DNA from: a virus
Lineage: Duplodnaviria > Caudoviricetes
Virus record (IMG/VR): IMGVR_UViG_3300023174_000339
Location: 1-39,064 of that record
Reading direction: 5' to 3' (one strand)
DNA length: 39,064 bases
Shown here: one piece after another, positions 8,404-17,688 of the stretch
Layout of the letters: each line of letters opens with the position of its first letter
Position numbering within the stretch: the first letter of the stretch is position 1
The notes under the pieces: generated by a model
What the model was told of the DNA's origin: nothing
Database searches by the model: none
The model's input: the letters and a program-made list of their open reading frames with translations, nothing else
Translations under genes and position numbers: made by a program

Positions 8404-10221
8404 TTATGCTAAATAGCGTTCCGCATACCAGCGTGCGCTATCGTAATCTTTTGCAGTAACAAATTTGTTTAACACATCTGCATAGATAACTGGAACATCT
8501 TGAAAACGGAACGCTCTATCTGGTGATTTTGTTAAGAAGCGCAAAAACTTTTTTAATTCTTGTTGTGCTTTAACTGCTTCGGTTACATCTACCTCTGGCG
8601 TATCTTCAATTGCAGGCACTTCTGCTTCTACTTCACCATCATCTGTTAATGATTGTGTGCCGTCAATTAACACCATACCTGTTTCTGTTACAAGATATGA
8701 ACCAGTTGCGGTTGTGAAGATAGGAATATCTGCTTCTGGTGCTTCAATTAAAGGCAAACCAACGCGTGAGCGTGCTTCATTTAGCGTTAATGTTCCAGAT
8801 TTGATATTTATATCAGCAGTGCGTGCATTGCTTTCTGTATCTTCTCTGCCACTTTCCATAAACTTGAATTCAAGTTCGCGTGGCATACCGAGGAACACAT
8901 ATGAGAGTTGTGTAATCATTTTTGCAACCCAGTTTGCTAACGGAATTGCGCCAATTACTTCACTACTTTCTGCCTGACCTAATTGGAAACCTGCTCCACC
9001 CAAACCGCCTTTAGGGCTAAATCCAATTTCGGAAGGTTGTACGCCAAAGTGTCCGCAAATGCTATTTACAAGATAATCGTCAAGCGTATCCTTGAACTTC
9101 TCGCCATAACCATCAAATTGAATTGGCTCCATACCGACTGGCAATAGGCGAACACGCTTGCGTTGTTCTGTTTGTCCTGCTAAATCGCTATTGAAAATGT
9201 TTTCATATGCGCGTAACAAGTCTGGGTTATTACCAAAGTTTGCATCTGTTTTCATCATCAGTTCTGGTGTAACGCCATCTGTATATTCGGCGCGTATCCA
9301 TTGCTGACGGCGCAAGTAAATGTCTGCAAGTGGTAATGCGCGTTCAGTTGGTCCATATCCATACACGCTAGTTGTTCTGCGGTTCTTGATTAGATACGCT
9401 AATTCATCACTTGTAAATTCGCCATCTGCTTCTTCTGTTTCTGTTGGTGCGGTAAATTCGCTACGAGGGAAACCAAACAAGATTTGCTGATATGCACTAT
9501 AAGGTGGCATTGGTCGCATACCACGGTCATCAATCAATGGCTTAATTGTTGAACCATCAAGAATTTGTAATCCGTATAGTTCATCACCGACAGTTTTTTG
9601 CGGCCATATAGCCCACGCATCTAGCACTAATATCTCTTCAAGTGCAATATTTAACCAGTCATAAAACAATAATCCGTTTGCTCTATCTGGTTGTTCCCAA
9701 AATGCACGCACTCGGTTTATATCTTCGGTGTAATTATCTCGCGCAGTTTGCATAGCGCGTACGCGAGCGCCACCGATTTCGCTAATAATCTTTTCTGCGG
9801 CATCTTCGCCTAATGTAATATCCCAATTTAATCCAAGTATCTTTGCTTTTGTAACTTCAATACATCTGCGCAAGATATCAATTTGGTCTGCGGCGGCGCG
9901 TAATGTTTTGAAAGGTGTTAAGCGTGTTTCTGTAATGTTGATATTTTGCGCAACTTGATATTCATATCTGCGTGGGTCTGGTCTGCCGCTATCTGGATTA
10001 GGCGGATTGATTGCGCCCGGAACGATAGGCATACCAGGAGCAAATGGAACTGTTGCAAGATTTGGATTGCGTGGTAGTGCATCTGTTTGCCCATATGTTG
10101 TTGTTTGCCCAATGTTATTGCGCATTTGTGTTTCTGTTACTGCTATTGAACCTACTGGTAGATTAGGTGCTTTAGTAATCTCTTTTGCAACTCTTTCTGC
10201 AAATCGGTCTATTAAACCCAT
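8404..10221 (-). CDS. Portal protein
   Basis: 605 aa after the terminase; YGYGPTE and ICGHFGVQPSEIGF resemble HK97-family portal motifs. Confidence 0.88.
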   Translation of the reverse strand: MGLIDRFAERVAKEITKAPNLPVGSIAVTETQMRNNIGQTTTYGQTDALPRNPNLATVPFAPGMPIVPGAINPPNPDSGRPDPRRYEYQVAQNINITETRLTPFKTLRAAADQIDILRRCIEVTKAKILGLNWDITLGEDAAEKIISEIGGARVRAMQTARDNYTEDINRVRAFWEQPDRANGLLFYDWLNIALEEILVLDAWAIWPQKTVGDELYGLQILDGSTIKPLIDDRGMRPMPPYSAYQQILFGFPRSEFTAPTETEEADGEFTSDELAYLIKNRRTTSVYGYGPTERALPLADIYLRRQQWIRAEYTDGVTPELMMKTDANFGNNPDLLRAYENIFNSDLAGQTEQRKRVRLLPVGMEPIQFDGYGEKFKDTLDDYLVNSICGHFGVQPSEIGFSPKGGLGGAGFQLGQAESSEVIGAIPLANWVAKMITQLSYVFLGMPRELEFKFMESGREDTESNARTADINIKSGTLTLNEARSRVGLPLIEAPEADIPIFTTATGSYLVTETGMVLIDGTQSLTDDGEVEAEVPAIEDTPEVDVTEAVKAQQELKKFLRFLTKSPDRAFRFQDVPVIYADVLNKFVTAKDYDSARWYAERYLA

Positions 10222-10225
10222 TACA

Positions 10226-11572
10226 TTAACCTCTCAAATTATTTCCGCATTTAGAGCAAATGCTAGCCGTTTTTGGTGATGGCATACCGCAAACTGTACA
10301 TAATAATGCCATACTTGCGAGTGCGAGCATACTAGCACCGCCAGAGTTTAATTCTGTTATTGCCCACACTAATGCATCTAATCTGTCTGGGCTTTCTGCT
10401 GATGTTGGAGTCCATTCGCACATTTGCGTTTCAAGTTCAGAGAAGTAACCAATGTGATGCACTCTGCCTTGTTCGTACAAACTGCTTATAGGTTCGGCGC
10501 GTAATTGTTTACCTCTAGTTGCAGTTACCTTTTTTGTCGCAACAGAAGCATCTACCTGCTTTAATAACAAAATAACCATATCGCCGCCGTTGTTTGTTTC
10601 GGCAACGATTTTGTCTGCACTATGTTTGTGATACAACTCAACTGCCACTCTTGCCCAAGCATCTGGCGTTGTACGGATAGATTTATCGTCAAGTATGTAG
10701 TAATCGCCATTTGATGCAACGCCAGCGGCAACTATGCCTGTTTCATCGCTAGTAGCGTTACCAGTTACCGCAGGGTCAATGGCAACTACAACGCGAACAA
10801 GTGGTGGTGCGCTATCCACCCGAGCATCGTCAATTAGTTTGCGAGTCCATAGCGCACCATCTACATTGTCCAGTATTTCGCCGTAAAGTTCCTGTCTGCC
10901 GAGGCGCGTGTTCTCATAACGCAATCTGTACTGGGCTAATGCACTTTCAGCTAAGTTAGCAGCATTATCAAATGTAGAACCACGCACTACCTTTACATTG
11001 TCTTGTGTTATTAACTCTTTGATTAACTTAATCGGCTTTGGCGTAGTTGTAACAATAGTTTGTGGGAATTCACCTAAGCGCAAACCAAATTGGTACTGGT
11101 CCCACGCTTCTGGATACTTAAATGCGGCTAACTCATCAAACCAACCGCCATGATGTTGTGGTCCACGCAAACGCTCTGGTTCTTCACCAGAAAACAATTT
11201 AATGCGAGAACCATTTGTTAGGAAGATTTCACCAATGGAACGGTTGTAATCCTTTAGCGTGCCATATTGGCGTAACACATTAACAATACCGCTTTCACCT
11301 TCTGCGCAAGTATCGCGTGCATCTCCATAAGTAGGCGCAACAATAGCCCAGCGTGTCTTTGGTTTGCTAGATGCTTCCCAAGCAAGCCATTCTGCCGCCG
11401 TGCGTGTCTTACCAGCGCCACGCCCTGCTAAATATAACCAAGTTGTCCAAGATGTATCTTCGGTTGGTAATTGTTCAGGTCGCGCTAACTGACTAAGCCA
11501 TCTAACTCTGCGGCTGGCTATTAAGGATAGCGACAAGTCGCTTGACTTCATCATCAATTGTGTCTCGGTCAT
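10226..11572 (-). CDS. terL: Terminase large subunit (start uncertain)
   Basis: Walker A AGRGAGKT, Walker B WFDE, coupling motif TTTP, nuclease AIDPA and SPDRLDA. Confidence 0.95.
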   Translation of the reverse strand: MTETQLMMKSSDLSLSLIASRRVRWLSQLARPEQLPTEDTSWTTWLYLAGRGAGKTRTAAEWLAWEASSKPKTRWAIVAPTYGDARDTCAEGESGIVNVLRQYGTLKDYNRSIGEIFLTNGSRIKLFSGEEPERLRGPQHHGGWFDELAAFKYPEAWDQYQFGLRLGEFPQTIVTTTPKPIKLIKELITQDNVKVVRGSTFDNAANLAESALAQYRLRYENTRLGRQELYGEILDNVDGALWTRKLIDDARVDSAPPLVRVVVAIDPAVTGNATSDETGIVAAGVASNGDYYILDDKSIRTTPDAWARVAVELYHKHSADKIVAETNNGGDMVILLLKQVDASVATKKVTATRGKQLRAEPISSLYEQGRVHHIGYFSELETQMCEWTPTSAESPDRLDALVWAITELNSGGASMLALASMALLCTVCGMPSPKTASICSKCGNNLRG

Positions 11573-11942
11573 AGATACTTACCTCAACTTGTGCCTTCGT
11601 AGGCATATCCAAACCAAGCAATCTGGCACGCCTTTCCATAATCTTAATTAACGCTAACACTAACCGTGCACGAGTATTGGCATCTACATTTTGCGTATCT
11701 GTTAAATCTCCCCATATGGCGGCTTGCGCAATATCTAATCTATCCATTTCAGATTTGCGCACTTCAACTACATCTTCATAAACAATTCTGTTACACGCAC
11801 TTAGATATGCCTTATGCGCGCCAGATGCACTTGCGTAACCTAAACGCTCTGCGATTAAATCAAATGTTAATCCACCGCGCCTAAATTCAAGTACCTTGCG
11901 TTCCTTCTCCAAGGTTTCTGGTTTAACTTTACTTCTTCCCAT
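11502..11942 (-). CDS. terS: Terminase small subunit
   Basis: N-terminal HTH (GLTFDLIAERLGY) and IMERRARLLGLD; immediately upstream of terL. Confidence 0.8.
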   Translation of the reverse strand: MGRSKVKPETLEKERKVLEFRRGGLTFDLIAERLGYASASGAHKAYLSACNRIVYEDVVEVRKSEMDRLDIAQAAIWGDLTDTQNVDANTRARLVLALIKIMERRARLLGLDMPTKAQVEVSIYDRDTIDDEVKRLVAILNSQPQS

Positions 11943-12109
11943 TACTTACTCCCACCCCAACCACCGCCACGAAATATGGCTGGCGTTGCTCCTATAACTT
12001 TGCTCATAGCATTACCGCACTTGCAGGTTACTTCGTGCTTATCATCAAACCCGAAATAAACATTTTCTTGTTCGTTACATTTGAAACATTTGAAGCCGTA
12101 TATTGGCAT
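11942..12109 (-). CDS. FmdB-like zinc-ribbon protein (55 aa)
   Basis: Hand-translated MPIYGFKCFKC...TCKCGNAMSKV...IFRGGGW. GGAG RBS; TAATG coupling to terS. Confidence 0.8.
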   Translation of the reverse strand: MPIYGFKCFKCNEQENVYFGFDDKHEVTCKCGNAMSKVIGATPAIFRGGGWGGSK

Positions 12110-12132
12110 TTACACTCCCATAATCCACTACA

Positions 12133-12141
12133 AATATAGCA
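12133..12141 (-). promoter_or_regulatory. Candidate extended -10 promoter (TGcTATATT) for the packaging/structural operon
   Basis: Fits TGnTAnnnT, in the gap before the FmdB-like gene and terS. Confidence 0.35.
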
Positions 12142-13272
12142 CTAATTCTGTGGGCGAGGACATAAAACCTTTGCAATCTCTTCATTAGGTTTTCCTGCAT
12201 ATCTGAAACCAGTTGTGATACGGCTACGCGATAGTCCTAATCTGCCTGTTATAGAAGATGTTTTGCCTCTTTGCGCCACTCTGGAAGGTTCTCTTATCAT
12301 TTCCCAGTTGGGGCTTCTATTCAACGCCCTAACGCGTGCAGGGTGAGATGTAGTCGTATATGTAGAGAGTCCTTGCGCCGCTAGTCCAGCGCAAACATAA
12401 TCTACAAACCTGCCACCTAAGCCGATACCCTGATAATCAGGCAGAACAACAGTCCTGCTAATACGCCTAGCATTTTTAACATTAGCGTTAATAAGTGGCA
12501 AGATAGCGGTAAATACTGCTGGTTGATCGTTAATCAAACCAACATAAATCTGTGCAGACTTATTCAAACTGTCGCTTAGATAGTGATGTTTGCTGAATAT
12601 GCTCCACGCTTCATACTTTGCCCAAATGACTTCAACATTGACTTGTGGGCGGGGTTGAACCGACCCCCAAGTGAAAGTGCCAAGATGTGGCTGATAAATC
12701 CAGTCAGGTTGCAACCACTCTTCAATATCATAATGGCAAGCAACTGCTACAAACTTTTGATTGCGCGCTCTAACAGTTTTAGCAATAGCGGCAGAACCTA
12801 TTTGCGCAACTGTACGGTCAATAACAGATGTAAATTCATCTACAACTGCAATCTCTTTGCTCTCTGCAAGTACGCGTGCCATACTCACACGGAACTTTTC
12901 ACCGTTTGATAAATTCTCATATGGGCGCAACCAAGCAGGCGGTGATGAGAAACCAACACTAGAAAGCAACTCTGTAATATCCTTAATTGCTAACTCTTTT
13001 GGAAAATCGTCAATAACGGCGTTACTGCGACCCCATTGCATAGTTTCCGTGCTTAACAATTCTTGATTGAACATATCTTTGGCAACTGTTGTTTTACCTG
13101 CACCGCTAGGACCAACAATTAGTCCTATATTCCAATCGCGTGTTCCTAAATCTGGAATATTGTTAGGAATTTCCGTTGTAGATATTTTTGCCGCCTGTAA
13201 ATCAAAAATGCCCTCTAACTGCATTACTCTGGGTGTTCTGTTAATTTCTGTGGTTAATCTAATAACACTCAT
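12142..13272 (-). CDS. ABC-type ATPase fused to a GNAT (Mom-like) acyltransferase
   Basis: Walker A GPSGAGKT, signature-like LSNGE, Walker B AVVDE, H-loop ACH. C-terminal HHYL and RTVVLPDYQGIGLG (GNAT motif A). Confidence 0.85.
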   Translation of the reverse strand: MSVIRLTTEINRTPRVMQLEGIFDLQAAKISTTEIPNNIPDLGTRDWNIGLIVGPSGAGKTTVAKDMFNQELLSTETMQWGRSNAVIDDFPKELAIKDITELLSSVGFSSPPAWLRPYENLSNGEKFRVSMARVLAESKEIAVVDEFTSVIDRTVAQIGSAAIAKTVRARNQKFVAVACHYDIEEWLQPDWIYQPHLGTFTWGSVQPRPQVNVEVIWAKYEAWSIFSKHHYLSDSLNKSAQIYVGLINDQPAVFTAILPLINANVKNARRISRTVVLPDYQGIGLGGRFVDYVCAGLAAQGLSTYTTTSHPARVRALNRSPNWEMIREPSRVAQRGKTSSITGRLGLSRSRITTGFRYAGKPNEEIAKVLCPRPQN

Positions 13273-13287
13273 ATTTGCCTTCCTTAA

Positions 13288-13821
13288 TTAGATAACGATT
13301 GCGCGAACACGCAACCCTTCTTGCGATAACCGTAACAACAATGCAGTTTGTTCGTTTTCATCATCACACTCAATTACAACTTCAAAGCGCTCGCCAATTT
13401 CTTTCAAATCGGTGTTAATTTCTTCGCGTGTTTTCAAATCAAAACCTTTAAAGCCTAAATCTGTTACCGACCAGTCATTTGTGTTCAAATCACGCAACTG
13501 CCCAAGCAATATTTCACTATTCCAAGATGCCAATTCAGCCGTGCGATTATCTGCGAGCGCGTATGCCTTAATTGTGTCTGTATCCCAGTCCTCTGGCACG
13601 GTAACGCAAGATAAACCTTTCCAGCCAATTTGTCTGGCGGCTTCTAGTGTTCCGTTACCAGCAACAACAGTTAAATCTTTTGTTATTACTACTGGTTTGC
13701 GCTGACCAAACATTTGTAGCGAGTGCGCAATAGCATCTAGGTTTTTTTGATTATGCGCTCTTGCATTGTTCGGGTCAAGCATTAAATCGTCAATCGGAAT
13801 TACTTTTATTTCCAGTTCCAT
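13288..13821 (-). CDS. ParB/Srx N-terminal domain protein
   Basis: PNNARAH, FGQRKPVVI, VVAGNGTLEAA and YALADNRTAE. Confidence 0.88.
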   Translation of the reverse strand: MELEIKVIPIDDLMLDPNNARAHNQKNLDAIAHSLQMFGQRKPVVITKDLTVVAGNGTLEAARQIGWKGLSCVTVPEDWDTDTIKAYALADNRTAELASWNSEILLGQLRDLNTNDWSVTDLGFKGFDLKTREEINTDLKEIGERFEVVIECDDENEQTALLLRLSQEGLRVRAIVI

Positions 13822-13841
13822 ATTTACCTTTCAAATTTAAG

Positions 13842-13877
13842 GAGAGAGGGTGCAAAGGGACGGAAGCACCCTCTCTC
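13842..13877 (-). terminator. 12-bp inverted repeat hairpin between the HTH gene and the ParB gene
   Basis: GAGAGAGGGTGC/GCACCCTCTCTC. Confidence 0.55.
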
Positions 13878-13885
13878 ACACTCCG

Positions 13886-14086
13886 CTATGCCGAAGGGAT
13901 TGACGGCTTGCGAAGTACCTTCACTCGCTCAACATCTGTGATGTTAAACAAGGATTTTCTTTTGTATTTGCCTGACGGTACAAGAATTTTGCGCCATACA
14001 AGTTGTCGCAAATTGTTATGTGAAATATTAAGCATCTCTGCCGCAATATGGCTATCTACCATACCTTCGGGAATTTCATTACTCAT
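13886..14086 (-). CDS. Small helix-turn-helix DNA-binding protein (MerR/excisionase-like)
   Basis: AAEMLNISHNNLRQLVWRK...FNITDVERVK; start reassigned to MSNE after an AAAGG RBS. Confidence 0.7.
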   Translation of the reverse strand: MSNEIPEGMVDSHIAAEMLNISHNNLRQLVWRKILVPSGKYKRKSLFNITDVERVKVLRKPSIPSA

Positions 14087-14097
14087 TTTGTGCCTTT

Positions 14098-14499
14098 CTA
14101 CAATGACCAAGGGTCATCAACTGGGTCCTCAATCGGTTTTTCATTATGCGGTAAAAGTGGTTCCGCAACATTTCTCGGAACAATACCATAACCGTTAATT
14201 GTACATTCCAGCGATTTAACTTCAACGCCTTCTTTACCGATATATGTGTTTTGCGTTAGCAAACCGTTAAATGTAATCAAAGTACCTTTGCGCAATTCGT
14301 TTGCCGCACCTGTTGCATTTTTGCCCCAGATAAAACAACGCAACCAAATTGTTTCTTTATCAACCCACTCGCCATCTTTATTTACACGCGGTGTGTTAGC
14401 AATTGAAAAAGATGTTACATTTTTTCCAGTCGGTGTTAATTTAATTTCAGGGTCGTTACCTAAACGACCTTCTCCGTAAATAACAATTTCACCAGCCAT
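14098..14499 (-). CDS. ssb: Single-stranded DNA-binding protein
   Basis: GRLGNDPEIKLTPTGKNVTSFSIA, WLRCFIWG and acidic DDPW tail; start MAGEI. Confidence 0.92.
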   Translation of the reverse strand: MAGEIVIYGEGRLGNDPEIKLTPTGKNVTSFSIANTPRVNKDGEWVDKETIWLRCFIWGKNATGAANELRKGTLITFNGLLTQNTYIGKEGVEVKSLECTINGYGIVPRNVAEPLLPHNEKPIEDPVDDPWSL

Positions 14500-14839
14500 A
14501 GCCTTCTTTCCTTTCAATGTAATCGTAAGTTCCTTCAATAGTTAGTTTAACAGTTGAACCGTTAGGAAGCAATAACGGATAATCAAATGGGTCTGCGTGT
14601 TGCGGAACAATATGTCCTGTTTCTGTTGCAGTTTTTATATTCATATGAACAGATAATGTTCCTAAGTTGTGGCACTCATGATGTAACGCAACAAGATTAT
14701 CAACTGTATCTTTACCGCCACGCGAGCGTAGTTTGCGATGATGCAACGCAAAATTATCTGATAACCCTATTCCACATTTTTCGCAGTATTGTTCGCACCG
14801 TGCAAGAATTAACTCTCTTAGTGCTTTCCAATCAGTCAT
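14489..14839 (-). CDS. HNH endonuclease
   Basis: CEKC, HHRKLRSRGG, NLVALHHECH. Confidence 0.85.
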   Translation of the reverse strand: MTDWKALRELILARCEQYCEKCGIGLSDNFALHHRKLRSRGGKDTVDNLVALHHECHNLGTLSVHMNIKTATETGHIVPQHADPFDYPLLLPNGSTVKLTIEGTYDYIERKEGYGW

Positions 14840-14868
14840 TTGATGCCTTCTGCGATTATTTTGATGGT

Positions 14869-15360
14869 TTAATCGGAATAAGTGTTGAAATAATCGTCAA
14901 TAACGGATTCAGCATTGAGCAAATTGCGGCTTAACTTTGCTTTGTCTGTTATTCGTATTAACACACCTTCAACCGTGCCATATTCTTTGATAGCAGTAAT
15001 TTTTGTTACTTGTTGGTCATCATCATAAGCAACACCTGTTAATCCATCTAGCACCGCACGAATTAACTTATCAATATCTGGTCTAACAAAAGGTTCAATG
15101 CGCTTTACTGTTTTAGGTTTCAAAAAAGTAAATGTTAAATGAACCTCAACGCCTTCAACTGCTTTTTCCCAGATTACAGACTTAGCAACACGCGCAATAT
15201 CAGCGCGCCATAATGCTAAATCTTGCGCACGGACATGAATTGCGTGTCCGTTAATGAATTTGAGAGAACCTTGTGGAATTGGTCTGCCTGCAATAAAAAA
15301 TTGCGCGCTAGTACCAGCGATGTCTTTTCCAGAATTTCCAAGCGGTGCAAGGTTGCTCAT
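14869..15360 (-). CDS. rusA: RusA-family Holliday junction resolvase (start uncertain)
   Basis: GRPIPQGS and RPDIDKLIRAVLDGLTGVAYDDDQQV. Confidence 0.9.
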   Translation of the reverse strand: MSNLAPLGNSGKDIAGTSAQFFIAGRPIPQGSLKFINGHAIHVRAQDLALWRADIARVAKSVIWEKAVEGVEVHLTFTFLKPKTVKRIEPFVRPDIDKLIRAVLDGLTGVAYDDDQQVTKITAIKEYGTVEGVLIRITDKAKLSRNLLNAESVIDDYFNTYSD

Positions 15361-15709
15361 AACGATGCTTAATATACCGCAAACCGTTATCAATTTGTTT
15401 CTTTGGGTGCTTAGATTTTTCACCGAGCATTTGAGCAATACCGTAGGCACTACTCTTTGGATTGTCTGATTTGTGGTTCCAAGCACTTTCTTTTCCCCAT
15501 AATTGACTAAGGCATACAAACTGGGTTTTATTCCAGTTGTATGCCTTAATAGCATTTTGAGCGTATCTTTTAGGGTTTTCTACCGCTAAGTGCATCTGTA
15601 TTTCATTTTTAGACATAAGCGGTGCGTTTGCTTCTGCTGGACTTGTTACCGTTAATAGCAAACCTATAACAGTTGCTAATATGGTTTTTTGTATATTTTG
15701 TTTTTGCAT
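15308..15709 (-). CDS. Secreted lytic transglycosylase (SLT/lysozyme-like)
   Basis: Signal/TM N-terminus; CLSQLWGKESAWN...SSAYGIAQ...GLRYIKHRY...WY matches the actinobacterial SLT type. Confidence 0.85.
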   Translation of the reverse strand: MQKQNIQKTILATVIGLLLTVTSPAEANAPLMSKNEIQMHLAVENPKRYAQNAIKAYNWNKTQFVCLSQLWGKESAWNHKSDNPKSSAYGIAQMLGEKSKHPKKQIDNGLRYIKHRYEQPCTAWKFWKRHRWY

Positions 15710-15720
15710 TTCCTACTCCT

Positions 15721-16020
15721 TTACAGGGTTCGGGTTCGGGTCGCTTCTTCTTTATCGTAATTATCCGATGATTTGAGTGATGAGCGATTTCTGAGGCGTT
15801 CTGCAAGTTCCTCACTTGTTGTAGATGTGTTTTGAATATGCGCCCTTTCGGGGTCGCAAATAGGGCAGAAACGCACTCCATCATACCAAGTTTCAACCAC
15901 AATTTGTTCACCTAATCTTATTCTTTTTTCGGTGTGTTTGTACCGCACCCATATAAATCCCTTTTCACAACCATCTGTATGTGTACAAAAGCAATTTACT
16001 CGGTGGCATCTTGTATCCAT
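15721..16020 (-). CDS. Hypothetical Cys/His-rich protein
   Basis: 99 aa; CHRVNCFCTHTDGCEKG...CPICDPER. Confidence 0.7.
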   Translation of the reverse strand: MDTRCHRVNCFCTHTDGCEKGFIWVRYKHTEKRIRLGEQIVVETWYDGVRFCPICDPERAHIQNTSTTSEELAERLRNRSSLKSSDNYDKEEATRTRTL

Positions 16021-16190
16021 TACAACTCCCTTCTTAGTAAGTTCATTACATCATCTATCCCTGCGGCGTGTCCTGTTAAATATACAAACGCCAGTTCATT
16101 TGCTGGTGGTTCAGTATTCATTTCCAATTTGAGTTCATTTGCATTTCGTAACAGAGTTTGTATTAACTCAAACTTTTCACTTTCTTCCAT
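16020..16190 (-). CDS. Hypothetical protein (56 aa)
   Basis: Start MEESEK after an AAGGG RBS; coupled to the next gene. Confidence 0.6.
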   Translation of the reverse strand: MEESEKFELIQTLLRNANELKLEMNTEPPANELAFVYLTGHAAGIDDVMNLLRREL

Positions 16191-16473
16191 CTTGTTCCCT
16201 TTCGTTACCGAGTGCAATATCGGCGCAAATTGCTTGAACGCCGAGTAAAGCATTATCAATACTGCCTGACCGTTTAACGATTTCCTTACGATTAGCAACT
16301 GGGTTCCACGCAAGTATCTTTTTTGCAACTTCATTGCGTATTTGCGCTTCCAGTACCGTTATTATCTGCTTTGCTAATTCTTGTTCTTTAGCAGTATCGG
16401 TTTTCAATAACAGTTTGCCATCTTGAACAAACCAATGCGGTTTTTTGCAACTGCGAAAATTAAAAAACTGCAT
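16177..16473 (-). CDS. Hypothetical protein
   Basis: Start MQFFN lies 1 nt after the upstream stop. Confidence 0.6.
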   Translation of the reverse strand: MQFFNFRSCKKPHWFVQDGKLLLKTDTAKEQELAKQIITVLEAQIRNEVAKKILAWNPVANRKEIVKRSGSIDNALLGVQAICADIALGNEREQDGRK

Positions 16474-16474
16474 A

Positions 16475-16648
16475 CTATTTGCCAACCTTTCCGTGCAGAA
16501 TTTCAATTAAATCGGTATATGTGTGTATTTCGGCGTAAAGATAACGCTGGATTTGTTCTCCAGCATATTTGCTTTCTTTTATATCTTTATCTGTTACGCC
16601 TAAATCGCCTGCCAATTTACTAACAAACCAATCATTAACTGTTGCCAT
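16475..16648 (-). CDS. Hypothetical protein (57 aa, MATVNDWFVSKLAG...)
   Basis: Hand-translated; fills the gap between flanking genes exactly; GAGG RBS. Confidence 0.65.
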   Translation of the reverse strand: MATVNDWFVSKLAGDLGVTDKDIKESKYAGEQIQRYLYAEIHTYTDLIEILHGKVGK

Positions 16649-16873
16649 TTATCTGCCTCTCTTATGGTCAACAGATAGTTCCCAGTGATACTCGCAAAGG
16701 GGTCTGCCTAGTCGCTGGTGACTTGATGGTTCTTCACAGAGTACGCAGTTAGGGATAAACGGTTGCGAGTCTGTAATCGTCTCTGGTGAGTTTATTTCGT
16801 TTAGTATTTCCGCTAATACAGGTTCTGCCGCTTTTGCCATTTTGTCTAACATATCTTGTAACTCTTTACTCAT
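16649..16873 (-). CDS. Hypothetical zinc-finger protein
   Basis: CVLC...LCEYH; ATGA coupling with the upstream gene. Confidence 0.65.
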   Translation of the reverse strand: MSKELQDMLDKMAKAAEPVLAEILNEINSPETITDSQPFIPNCVLCEEPSSHQRLGRPLCEYHWELSVDHKRGR

Positions 16874-17688
16874 TTGCCTTGCCTTTCTTTGTACATATTC
16901 TGCGCCACGCGATATGCGTAACTGACTAAATCCGTCAAATCTTTACTCGCCGCTTCGTCAATTGCTAATAATGCTATACGACCAAACCGCTTTATCATTT
17001 GACCAATGCGCCCAATTTCCACGCTGGATAACTGGCGTGTTTGTAGTTCCGCTACATACCACGCAGTTAGTGCTATACAACCGCCTATATCGTTATTGTT
17101 ATGTAACTTATCCCATTCATCTTCAACTAATCGGGATAAGTTCCAAGCGTTAATACCATTAGCGCGTGCATCTGTTAATTTATTGCTAATGTTTTCAACT
17201 GCTTGTCTTGCACTTTCTACTCTTGGAGTAGGAAGTAGTTTCTTTTCTTCTGTATTCTGTATTATGTATTCTGTATTCTGTATTCTGTATTCTGGCTCTG
17301 TTATTAACGCGTTATCCCAGTCATCATTAACTGGTTCGGCGTTGTTATCTGGTACTGTTTGCTTATCTCGGTAACGCTTTTGCCTTTCTCTGAGATTTGC
17401 ACGCTTTACCTCTACTTGATTTTTGCTAGTTTGATGCGCCAGATAATCGTGAATACGGAAACCGTTATTTGCCATATCTTCACGCCATAATTCCGCATTT
17501 GTTAATTCCGCAATTATGGACATATCGTTATTAGCAAATCTTGCCGCTATTTGCATTGGTATTAACCCATCGGTTAAATACTTTCCGCAATAACATAATC
17601 CGTTAATATGAACACGAAATGCACTATCAGATAGTCCAACCACTTTGGGGTGGTCTGGAAAACTATCGTCAATTTTTATCCACGCCAC
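16870..17688 (-). CDS. Putative replication initiator protein
   Basis: MAWIKIDDSFPDHPKV...IHDYLAHQ...RQKRYR N-terminus typical of actinophage replication proteins; internal tandem repeats. Confidence 0.7.
   Translation of the reverse strand: MAWIKIDDSFPDHPKVVGLSDSAFRVHINGLCYCGKYLTDGLIPMQIAARFANNDMSIIAELTNAELWREDMANNGFRIHDYLAHQTSKNQVEVKRANLRERQKRYRDKQTVPDNNAEPVNDDWDNALITEPEYRIQNTEYIIQNTEEKKLLPTPRVESARQAVENISNKLTDARANGINAWNLSRLVEDEWDKLHNNNDIGGCIALTAWYVAELQTRQLSSVEIGRIGQMIKRFGRIALLAIDEAASKDLTDLVSYAYRVAQNMYKERQGK
17246..17294. repeat. 7-bp tandem repeat (TATTCTG)x6 plus one degenerate unit
   Basis: Units at 17253-17294 (one is TATTATG), preceded by TCTTCTG. Confidence 0.95.

Noticed and set aside
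12142-13272. ABC transporter ATP-binding subunit
   Set aside because: No permease or substrate-binding gene nearby, and it is fused to a GNAT domain.
13288-13821. Plasmid-prophage partition system (ParAB/parS)
   Set aside because: Only the ParB N-terminal domain is present, with no HTH and no ParA-type ATPase.
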